The notes below the pieces were generated by a model. That model was not told the DNA's origin. It saw nothing but the letters and a program-made list of their open reading frames with translations, and ran no database searches. A stretch of 64,000 nucleotides of DNA. It comes from Eledone cirrhosa (taxonomy: Eukaryota). A program made the translations under genes and the position numbers. Of the stretch, positions 53,230 through 64,000 are shown one piece after another. The stretch is taken from NCBI GenBank assembly GCA_964016885.1, contig OZ024740.1, positions 279,868,001 to 279,932,000 of the forward strand, in the 5' to 3' direction. How positions within the stretch are numbered: the first letter of the stretch is position 1; each line of letters starts with the position of its first letter.

Positions 53230-56200
53230 AAGCTGCCCATGCTAAATGCGGAAGCTGAAGTCCACCAGCGAATGGTGTGCTTCGAAGAAACGAATCACAA
53301 AAATGCGAATTTGCCGGCGGAGTTACCTTTTCGATCGTGGGCCGGCCGCCTATAGTCAGATCGATCTGTAATTAGTGGTCCATGTGCAGACACAGATTTG
53401 CTGTGTGTGGTGTGATTTTGAAGAAAAACTGCCCATGCTAAATGAGGAAGCTGAAGTCCGGCGTCGAATGGTGTGCTTCGAAGAAAACGAATCACAAAAA
53501 TGACTATTTACCGGCGGAGTTACCTTTTCGATCGTGGGCCGGCCGCCTGTGGTCGGATCGATCTGTAATTACTGGTCCATGTGCAGACACACATTTGCTG
53601 TGTGTGGTGTGATTTTCACGAAACGTTGCCCATGCTAAATGAGGAAGCTGAAGTCCACCAGCGAATGGTGTGCTTCGAAGAAACGAATCACAAAAATGCG
53701 AATTTGCCGGCGGAGTTACCTTTTCGATCGTGGGCCGGCCGCCTGTGGTCGGATCGATCTGTAATTACTGGTATATGTGCAGACACTCATTGACTGTGTG
53801 TGGTGTGATTTTCAAGAAACGCTGCCCATGCTAAATGCGGAAGCTGAAGTCTACCAGCGAATGGTGTGCTTCGAAGAAACGAATCACAAAAATGCGAATT
53901 TGCCGGCGGAGTTACCTTTCCGATCGTGGGCCGGCCGCCCGTGGTCGGATCGATCTGTAATTACTGGTATATGTGCAGACACTCATTGGCTGTGTGTGGT
54001 GTGATTTTCAAAAAAAGCTGCCCATGCTAAATGAGGAAGCTGAAGTCCACCAGCGAATGGTGTGCTTCGAAGAAACGAATCACAAAAATGCGAATTTGCC
54101 GGCGGAGTTACCTTTTCGATCGTGGCCGGCCGCCCGTGGTCGGATCGATTTGTAATTACTGGTGCATGTGCAGACACTCATCGCCGGTGTGTGGTGTGAT
54201 TTTCAAGAAAAACTGCCCATGCTAAATGAGGAAGCTGAAGTCCGGCGGCGAATGGTGTGCTTCGAAGAAAACGAATCACAAAAATGACTATTTACCGGCG
54301 GAGTTACTTTTTCGATCGTGGGCCGGCCGCCTGTGGTCGGATCGATCTGTAATTACTGGTCCATGTGCAGACACACATTTGCTCTGTGTGGTGTGATTTT
54401 CACGAAACGTTGCCCATGCTAAATGCGGAAGCTGAAGTCCACCAGCGAATGGTGTGCTTCGAAGAAACGAATCACAAAAATGCGAATTTGCCGGCGGAGT
54501 TACCTTTTCGATCGTGGCCGGCCGCCCGTGGTCGGATCGATTTGTAATTACTGGTACATGTGCAGACACTCATTGCCTGTGTGTGGTGTGATTTTCAAGA
54601 AAAGTTGCCCATGCTAAATGCGGAAGCTGAAGTCCACCAGCGAATGGTGTGCTTCGAAGAAACGAATCACAAAAATGACTATTTACCGGCGGAGTTACCT
54701 TTTCGAACGTGGGCCGGCCGCCTGTGGTCGGATCGATCTGTAATTACTGGTATATGTACAGACACTCATTGACTGTGTGTGGTGTGATTTTCAAGAAACG
54801 CTGCCCATGCTAAATGCGGAAGCTGAAGTCTACCAGCGAATGGTGTGCTTCGAAGAAACGAATCACAAAAATGCGAATTTGCCGGCGGAGTTACCTTTTC
54901 GATCGTGGGCCGGCTGCCCGTGGTCGGATCGATCTGTAATTACTGGTATATGTGCAGACACTCATTGACTGTGTATGGTGTGATTTTCAAGAAAAGCTGC
55001 CCATGCTAAATGCGGAAGCTGAAGTCCACCAGCGAATGGTGTGCTTCGAAGAAACGAATCACAAAAATGCGAATTTGCCGGCGGAGTTACCTTTTCGATC
55101 GTGGGCCGGCCGCCCGTGGTCGGATCGATCTGTAATTACTGGTATATGTGCAGACACTCATTGGCTGTGTGTGGTGTGATGTTCAAGAAAAGCTGCCCAT
55201 GCTAAATGCGGAAGCTGAAGTCCACCAGCGAATGGTGTGCTTCGAAGAAACGAATCACAAAAATGCGAATTTGCCGGCGGAGTTACATTTTCGATCGTGG
55301 CCGGCCGCCCGTGGTCGGACCGATTTGTAATTACTGGTACTTGTGCAGACACTCATTGCCTGTGTGTGGTGTGATTTTCAAGAAAAGTTGCCCATGCTAA
55401 ATGCGGAAGCTGAAGTCCACCAGCGAATGGTGTGCTTCGAAGAAACGAATCACAAAAATGCGAATTTGCCGGCGGAGTTACCTTTTCGATCGTGGGCCGG
55501 CCGCCTATGGTCGGATCGATCTGTAATTACTGGTCCATGTGCAGACACACATTTGCTGTGTGTGGTGTGATTTTCAAGAAAAGCTGCCCATGCTAAATGC
55601 GGAAGCTGAAGTCCACCAGCGAATGGTGTGCTTCGAAGAAACGAATCACAAAAATGCGAATTTGCCGGCGGAGTTACCTTTTCGATCGTGGGCCGGCCGC
55701 CTGTGGTCGGATCGATCTGTAATTACTGGTCCATGTGCAGACACACATTTGCTGTGTGTGGTGTGATTTTCAAGAAACGCTGCCCATGCTAAATGCGGAA
55801 GCTGAAGTCCACCAGCGAATGGTGTGCTTCGAAGAAACGAATCACAAAAATGCGAATTTGCCGGCGGAGTTACCTTTTCGATCGTGAGCCGGCCGCCCGT
55901 GGTCGGATCGATCTGTAATTACTGGTATATGTGCAGACACTCATTGGCTGTGTGTGGTGTGATGTTCAAGAAAAGCTGCCCATGCTAAATGCGGAAGCTG
56001 AAGTCCACCAGCGAATGGTGTGCTTCGAAGAAACGAATCACAAAAATGCGAATTTGCCGGCGGAGTTACCTTTTCGATCGTGGCCGGCCGCCCGTGGTCG
56101 GATCGATTTGTAATTACTGGTACATGTGCAGACACTCATTGCCTGTGTGTGGTGTGATTTTCAAGAAAAGTTGCCCATGCTAAATGCGGAAGCTGAAGTC

Positions 56201-57800
56201 CACCAGCGAATGGTGTGCTTCGAAGAAACGAATCACAAAAATGCGAATTTGCCGGCGGAGTTACCTTTTCGATGGTGGGCCGGCCGCCCGTGGTCGGATC
56301 GATCTGTAATTACTGGTCCATGTGCAGACACACATTTGCTGTGTGTGGTGTGATGTTCAAGAAAAGCTGCCCATGCTAAATGCGGAAGCTGAAGTCCACC
56401 AGCGAATGGTGTGCTTCGAAGAAACGAATCACAAAAATGCGAATTTGCCGGCGGAGTTACCTTTTCGATCGTGGGCCGGCCGCCCGTGGTCGGATCGATC
56501 TGTAATTACTGGTATATGTGCAGACACTCATTGGCTGTGTGTGGTGTGATGTTCAAGAAAAGCTGCCCATGCTAAATGCGGAAGCTGAAGTCCACCAGCG
56601 AATGGTGTGCTTCGAAGAAACGAATCACAAAAATGCGAATTTGCCGGCGGAGTTACCTTTTCGATCGTGGGCCGGCCGCCTATAGTCAGATCGATCTGTA
56701 ATTAGTGGTCCATGTGCAGACACAGATTTGCTGTGTGTGGTGTGATTTTCAAGAAAAACTACCCATGCTAAATGAGGAAGCTGAAGTCCGGCGTCGAATG
56801 GTGTGCTTCGAAGAAAACGAATCACAAAAATGACTATTTACCGGCGGAGTTACCTTTTCGATCGTGGGCCGGCCGCCTGTGGTCGGATCGATCTGTAATT
56901 ACTGGTCCATGTGCAGACACACATTTGCTGTGTGTGGTGTGATTTTCACGAAACGTTGCCCATGCTAAATGAGGAAGCTGAAGTCCACCAGCGAATGGTG
57001 TGCTTCGAAGAAACGAATCACAAAAATGCGAATTTGCCGGCGGAGTTACCTTTTCGATCGTGGGCCGGCCGCCTGTGGTCGGATCGATCTGTAATTACTG
57101 GTATATGTGCAGACACTCATTGACTGTGTGTGGTGTGATTTTCAAGAAACGCTGCCCATGCTAAATGCGGAAGCTGAAGTCTACCAGCGAATGGTGTGCT
57201 TCGAAGAAACGAATCACAAAAATGCGAATTTGCCGGCGGAGTTACCTTTCCGATCGTGGGCCGGCCGCCCGTGGTCGGATCGATCTGTAATTACTGGTAT
57301 ATGTGCAGACACTCATTGGCTGTGTGTGGTGTGATTTTCAAAAAAAGCTGCCCATGCTAAATGAGGAAGCTGAAGTCCACCAGCGAATGGTGTGCTTCGA
57401 AGAAACGAATCACAAAAATGCGAATTTGCCGGCGGAGTTACCTTTTCGATCGTGGCCGGCCGCCCGTGGTCGGATCGATTTGTAATTACTGGTGCATGTG
57501 CAGACACTCATCGCCGGTGTGTGGTGTGATTTTCAAGAAAAACTGCCCATGCTAAATGAGGAAGCTGAAGTCCGGCGGCGAATGGTGTGCTTCGAAGAAA
57601 ACGAATCACAAAAATGACTATTTACCGGCGGAGTTACCTTTTCGATCGTGGGCCGGCCGCCTGTGGTCGGATCGATCTGTAATTACTGGTCCATGTGCAG
57701 ACACACATTTGCTCTGTGTGGTGTGATTTTCACGAAACGTTGCCCATGCTAAATGCGGAAGCTGAAGTCCACCAGCGAATGGTGTGCTTCGAAGAAACGA
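53230..57800. repeat. About 6 monomers repeated at an offset of 3330 bp (17 monomers)
   Basis: Matching monomers at 53295/56625, 53581/56911, 53983/57313 and 54365/57695. Confidence 0.75.
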
Positions 57801-59329
57801 ATCACAAAAATGCGAATTTGCTGGCGGAGTTACCTTTTCGATCGTGGGCCGGCCGCCTATGGTCGGATCGATCTGTAATTACTGGTCCATGTGCAGACAC
57901 ACATTTGCTGTGTGTGGTGTGATTTTCAAGAAAAGCTGCCCATGCTAAATGCGGAAGCTGAAGTCTACCCACGAATGGTGTGCTTCGAAGAAACGAATCA
58001 CAAAAATGCGAATTTGCCGGCGGAGTTACCTTTTCGATCGTGGGCCGGCCGCCTGTGGTCCGATCGATCTGTAATTACTGGTATATGTGCAGACACTCAT
58101 TGGCTGTGTGTGGTGTGATTTTCAAGAAAAGCTGCCCATGCTAAATGAGGAAGCTGAAGTCCACCAGCGAATGGTGTGCTTCGAAGAAACGAATCACAAA
58201 AATGCGAATTTGCCGGCGGAGTTACCTTTTCGATCGTGGGCCGGCCGCCCGTGGTCGGATCGATCTGTAATTACTGGTATATGTGCAGACACTCATTAGC
58301 TGTGTGTGGTGTGATGTTCAAGAAAAGCTGCCCATGCTAAATGCGGAAGCTGAAGTCCACCAGCGAATGGTGTGCTTCGAAGAAACGAATCACAAAAATG
58401 CGAATTTGCCGGCGGAGTTACCTTTTCGATCGTGGCCAGCCGCCCGTGGTCGGATCGATTTGTAATTACTGGTACATGTGCAGACACTCATTGCCTGTGT
58501 GTGGTGTGATTTTCAAGAAAAGTTGCCCATGCTAAATGCGGAAGCTGAAGTCCACCAGCGAATGGTGTGCTTCGAAGAAACGAATCACAAAAATGACTAT
58601 TTACCGGCGGAGTTACCTTTTCGATCGTGGGCCGGCCGCCTGTGGTCGGATCGATCTGTAATTACTGGTATATGTACAGACACTCATTGACTGTGTGTGG
58701 TGTGATTTTCAAGAAACGCTGCCCATGCTAAATGCGGAAGCTGAAGTCTACCAGCGAATGGTGTGCTTCGAAGAAACGAATCACAAAAATGCGAATTTGC
58801 CGGCGGAGTTACCTTTTCGATCGTGGGCCGGCCGCCCGTGGTCGGATCGATCTGTAATTACTGGTATATGTGCAGACACTCATTGACTGTGTGTGGTGTG
58901 ATTTTCAAGAAAAGCTGCCCATGCTAAATGCGGAAGCTGAAGTCCACCAGCGAATGGTGTGCTTCGAAGAAACGAATCACAAAAATGCGAATTTGCCGGC
59001 GGAGTTACCTTTTCGATCGTGAGCCGGCCGCCTATGGTCGGATCGATCTGTAATTACTGGTCCATGTGCAGACACACATTTGCTGTGTGTGGTGTGATTT
59101 TCAAGAAAAGCTGCCCATGCTAAATGCGGAAGCTGAAGTCCACCAGCGAATGGTGTGCTTCGAAGAAACGAATCACAAAAATGCGAATTTGCCGGCGGAG
59201 TTACCTTTTCGATCGTGAGCCGGCCGCCTGTGGTCGGATCGATCTGTAATTACTGGTATATGTGCAGACACTCATTGGCTGTGTGTGGTGTGATTTTCAA
59301 GAAAAGCTGCCCATGCTAAATGAGGAAGC

Positions 59330-61770
59330 TGAAGTCCACCAGCGAATGGTGTGCTTCGAAGAAACGAATCACAAAAATGCGAATTTGCCGGCGGAGTTAC
59401 CTTTTCGATCGTGGGCCGGCCGCCCGTGGTCGGATCGATCTGTAATTACTGGTATATGTGCAGACACTCATTGGCTGTGTGTGGTGTGATGTTCAAGAAA
59501 AGCTGCCCATGCTAAATGCGGAAGCTGAAGTCCACCAGCGAATGGTGTGCTTCGAAGAAACGAATCACAAAAATGCGAATTTGCCGGCGGAGTTACCTTT
59601 TCGATCGTGGGCCGGCCGCCCGTGGTCGGATCGATCTGTAATTACTGGTATATGTGCAGACACTCATTGGCTGTGTGTGGTGTGATTTTCAAGAAAAGCT
59701 GCCCATGCTAAATGAGGAAGCTGAAGTCCACCAGCGAATGGTGTGCTTCGAAGAAACGAATCACAAAAATGCGAATTTGCCGGCGGAGTTACATTTTCGA
59801 TCGTGGCCGGCCGCCCGTGGTCGGACCGATTTGTAATTACTGGTACTTGTGCAGACACTCATTGCCTGTGTGTGGGGTGATTTTCAAGAAAAACTGCCCA
59901 TGCTAAATGAGGAAGCTGAAGTCCGGCGGCGAATGGTGTGCTTCGAAGAAAACGAATCACAAAAATGACTATTTACCGGCGGAGTTACCTTTTCGATCGT
60001 GGGCCGGCCGCCTGTGGTCGGATCGATCTGTAATTACTGGTCCATGTGCAGACACACATTTGCTCTGTGTGGTGTGATTTTCACGAAACGTCGCCCATGC
60101 TAAATGCGGAAGCTGAAGTCCACCAGCGAATGGTGTGCTTCGAAGAAACGAATCACAAAAATGCGAATTTGCCGGCGGAGTTACCTTTTCGATCGTGGGC
60201 CGGCCGCCTGTGGTCGGATCGATCTGTAATTACTGGTATATGTGCAGACACTCATTGACTGTGTGTGGTGTGATTTTCAAGAAACGCTGCCCATGCTAAA
60301 TGCGGAAGCTGAAGTCTACCAGCGAATGGTGTGCTTCGAAGAAACGAATCACAAAAATGCGAATTTGCCGGCGGAGTTACCTTTTCGATCGTGGGCCGGC
60401 CGCCCGTGGTCGGATCGATCTGTAAATACTGGTATATGTGCAGACACTCATTGCCTGTGTGTGGTGTGATTTTCAAGAAAAGTTGCCCATGCTAAATGCG
60501 GAAGCTGAAGTCCACCAGCGAATGGTGTGCTTCGAAGAAACGAATCACAAAAATGCGAATTTGCCGGCGGAGTTACCTTTTCGATCGTGGGCCGGCCGCC
60601 CGTGGTCGGATCGATCTGTAATTACTGGTATATGTGCAGACACTCATTGGCTGTGTGTGGTGTGATGTTCAAGAAAAGCTGCCCATGCTAAATGCGGAAG
60701 CTGAAGTCCACCAGCGAATGGTGTGCTTCGAAGAAACGAATCACAAAAATGCGAATTTGCCGGCGGAGTTACCTTTTCGATCGTGGGCCGGCCGCCCGTG
60801 GTCGGATCGATCTGTAATTACTGGTATATGTGCAGACACTCATTGGCTGTGTGTGGTGTGATTTTCAAGAAAAGCTGCCCATGCTAAATGAGGAAGCTGA
60901 AGTCCACCAGCGAATGGTGTGCTTCGAAGAAACGAATCACAAAAATGCGAATTTGCCGGCGGAGTTACATTTTCGATCGTGGCCGGCCGCCCGTGGTCGG
61001 ACCGATTTGTAATTACTGGTACTTGTGCAGACACTCATTGCCTGTGTGTGGGGTGATTTTCAAGAAAAACTGCCCATGCTAAATGAGGAAGCTGAAGTCC
61101 GGCGGCGAATGGTGTGCTTCGAAGAAAACGAATCACAAAAATGACTATTTACCGGCGGAGTTACCTTTTCGATCGTGGGCCGGCCGCCTGTGGTCGGATC
61201 GATCTGTAATTACTGGTCCATGTGCAGACACACATTTGCTCTGTGTGGTGTGATTTTCACGAAACGTCGCCCATGCTAAATGCGGAAGCTGAAGTCCACC
61301 AGCGAATGGTGTGCTTCGAAGAAACGAATCACAAAAATGCGAATTTGCCGGCGGAGTTACCTTTTCGATCGTGGGCCGGCCGCCTGTGGTCGGATCGATC
61401 TGTAATTACTGGTATATGTGCAGACACTCATTGACTGTGTGTGGTGTGATTTTCAAGAAACGCTGCCCATGCTAAATGCGGAAGCTGAAGTCTACCAGCG
61501 AATGGTGTGCTTCGAAGAAACGAATCACAAAAATGCGAATTTGCCGGCGGAGTTACCTTTTCGATCGTGGGCCGGCCGCCCGTGGTCGGATCGATCTGTA
61601 AATACTGGTATATGTGCAGACACTCATTGCCTGTGTGTGGTGTGATTTTCAAGAAAAGTTGCCCATGCTAAATGCGGAAGCTGAAGTCCACCAGCGAATG
61701 GTGTGCTTCGAAGAAACGAATCACAAAAATGCGAATTTGCCGGCGGAGTTACCTTTTCGATCGTGGGCCG
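59330..61770. repeat. 6-monomer tandem duplication (1176 bp)
   Basis: Matching monomers at 59458/60634, 59664/60840, 60046/61222, 60252/61428. Shared variants: ttacattt, ggaccg, tggggtga, acgtcgcc, gtaaatac. Confidence 0.88.
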
Positions 61771-64000
61771 GCCGCCTATGGTCGGATCGATATGTAATTA
61801 CTGGTCCATGTGCAGACACACATTTGCTGTGTGTGGTGTGATTTTCAAGAAAAGCTGCCCATGCTAAATGCGGAAGCTGAAGTCCACCAGCGAATGCTGT
61901 GCTTCGAAGAAACGAATCACAAAAATGCGAATTTGCCGGCGGAGTTACCTTTTCGATCGTGGGCCGGCCGCCTGTGGTCGGATCGATCTGTAATTACTGG
62001 TCCATGTGCAGACACACATTTGCTGTGTGTGGTGTGATGTTCAAGAAAAGCTGCCCATGCTAAATGCGGAAGCTGAAGTCCACCAGCGAATGGTGTGCTT
62101 CGAAGAAACGAATCACAAAAATGCGAATTTGCCGGCGGAGTTACCTTTTCGATCGTGGGCCGGCCGCCTATAGTCAGATCGATCTGTAATTAGTGGTCCA
62201 TGTGCAGACACAGATTTGCTGTGTGTGGTGTGATTTTCAAGAAAAACTGCCCATGCTAAATGAGGAAGCTGAAGTCCGGCGTCGAATGGTGTGCTTCGAA
62301 GAAAACGAATCACAAAAATGACTATTTACCGGCGGAGTTACCTTTTCGATCGTGGGCCGGCCGCCTGTGGTCGGATCGATCTGTAATTACTGGTCCATGT
62401 GCAGACACACATTTGCTGTGTGTGGTGTGATTTTCACGAAACGTTGCCCATGCTAAATGAGGAAGCTGAAGTCCACCAGCGAATGGTGTGCTTCGAAGAA
62501 ACGAATCACAAAAATGCGAATTTGCCGGCGGAGTTACCTTTTCGATCGTGGGCCGGCCGCCTGTGGTCGGATCGATCTGTAATTACTGGTATATGTGCAG
62601 ACACTCATTGACTGTGTGTGGTGTGATTTTCAAGAAACGCTGCCCATGCTAAATGCGGAAGCTGAAGTCTACCAGCGAATGGTGTGCTTCGAAGAAACGA
62701 ATCACAAAAATGCGAATTTGCCGGCGGAGTTACCTTTCCGATCGTGGGCCGGCCGCCCGTGGTCGGACCGATTTGTAATTACTGGTACTTGTGCAGACAC
62801 TCATTGCCTGTGTGTGGGGTGATTTTCAAGAAAAACTGCCCATGCTAAATGAGGAAGCTGAAGTCCGGCGGCGAATGGTGTGCTTCGAAGAAAACGAATC
62901 ACAAAAATGACTATTTACCGGCGGAGTTACCTTTTCGATCGTGGGCCGGCCGCCTGTGGTCGGATCGATCTGTAATTACTGGTCCATGTGCAGACACACA
63001 TTTGCTCTGTGTGGTGTGATTTTCACGAAACGTCGCCCATGCTAAATGCGGAAGCTGAAGTCCACCAGCGAATGGTGTGCTTCGAAGAAACGAATCACAA
63101 AAATGCGAATTTGCCGGCGGAGTTACCTTTTCGATCGTGGGCCGGCCGCCTGTGGTCGGATCGATCTGTAATTACTGGTATATGTGCAGACACTCATTGA
63201 CTGTGTGTGGTGTGATTTTCAAGAAACGCTGCCCATGCTAAATGCGGAAGCTGAAGTCTACCAGCGAATGGTGTGCTTCGAAGAAACGAATCACAAAAAT
63301 GCGAATTTGCCGGCGGAGTTACCTTTTCGATCGTGGGCCGGCCGCCCGTGGTCGGATCGATCTGTAAATACTGGTATATGTGCAGACACTCATTGCCTGT
63401 GTGTGGTGTGATTTTCAAGAAAAGTTGCCCATGCTAAATGCGGAAGCTGAAGTCCACCAGCGAATGGTGTGCTTCGAAGAAACGAATCACAAAAATGCGA
63501 ATTTGCCGGCGGAGTTACCTTTTCGATCGTGGGCCGGCCGCCTATGGTCGGATCGATATGTAATTACTGGTCCATGTGCAGACACACATTTGCTGTGTGT
63601 GGTGTGATTTTCAAGAAAAGCTGCCCATGCTAAATGCGGAAGCTGAAGTCCACCAGCGAATGCTGTGCTTCGAAGAAACGAATCACAAAAATGCGAATTT
63701 GCCGGCGGAGTTACCTTTTCGATCGTGGGCCGGCCGCCTGTGGTCGGATCGATCTGTAATTACTGGTCCATGTGCAGACACACATTTGCTGTGTGTGGTG
63801 TGATGTTCAAGAAAAGCTGCCCATGCTAAATGCGGAAGCTGAAGTCCACCAGCGAATGGTGTGCTTCGAAGAAACGAATCACAAAAATGCGAATTTGCCG
63901 GCGGAGTTACCTTTTCGATCGTGGGCCGGCCGCCTATAGTCAGATCGATCTGTAATTAGTGGTCCATGTGCAGACACAGATTTGCTGTGTGTGGTGTGAT
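60990..64000. repeat. 9-monomer tandem duplication (1766 bp) running off the window end
   Basis: Matching monomers at 61222/62988, 61428/63194, 61614/63380, 61810/63576. Shared variants: gatatgta and gaatgctg. Confidence 0.88.

Larger units (their letters stand above)
1..64000. repeat. Satellite DNA tandem array, ~196-bp monomer, ~326 head-to-tail copies, running off both window ends
   Basis: Approximate consensus in phase with position 1: tcggatcgatctgtaattactggtatatgtgcagacactcattggctgtgtgtggtgtgattttcaagaaaagctgcccatgctaaatgcggaagctgaagtccaccagcgaatggtgtgcttcgaagaaacgaatcacaaaaatgcgaatttgccggcggagttaccttttcgatcgtgggccggccgcctgtgg. ORF starts step by 196 (422, 618, 814...). Monomer lengths of 195, 196, 197 and 200 bp occur. 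Confidence 0.99.

Noticed and set aside
136-63803. Hundreds of 60-121 aa ORFs (MQTHICCVWCDF..., MIRFLRSTPF..., MRKLKSTSEW...)
   Set aside because: They are translations of the satellite. The period of 196 is not a multiple of 3, the ORFs overlap in all frames, mostly start at non-ATG codons, and are freely broken by stops and frameshifts. I recognise no protein domain.
1-64000. CRISPR array or diversity-cassette system
   Set aside because: There are no unique spacers, the entire unit is repeated, and no cas, recombinase or reverse transcriptase gene is present.

Overview
The whole 64 kb window is one uninterrupted head-to-tail satellite DNA array of a ~196-bp monomer (~326 copies, ~50% GC, ~13 CpG per monomer by hand count). 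I see no inversion, mobile-element insertion, unique sequence or credible gene, and every listed ORF is a repeat artefact. The informative structure is in the variants. (i) There are a few recurring monomer haplotypes, including a divergent 197-bp type present about 49 times that carries a CENP-B-box-like spacing. (ii) Nested higher-order repeats and block duplications of 2, 3, 4, 5, 6, 9, 10, 12, 20, 30, 36/46 and 53/54 monomers can be read from shared diagnostic variants. (iii) The variant repertoire changes at about 52 kb. (iv) The monomer contains an old ~60-bp internal duplication and several hairpins or dyads, and many common variants keep their pairing. The organisation is typical of a eukaryotic centromeric or pericentromeric satellite, but I cannot identify the organism or family, or show function, from sequence alone.
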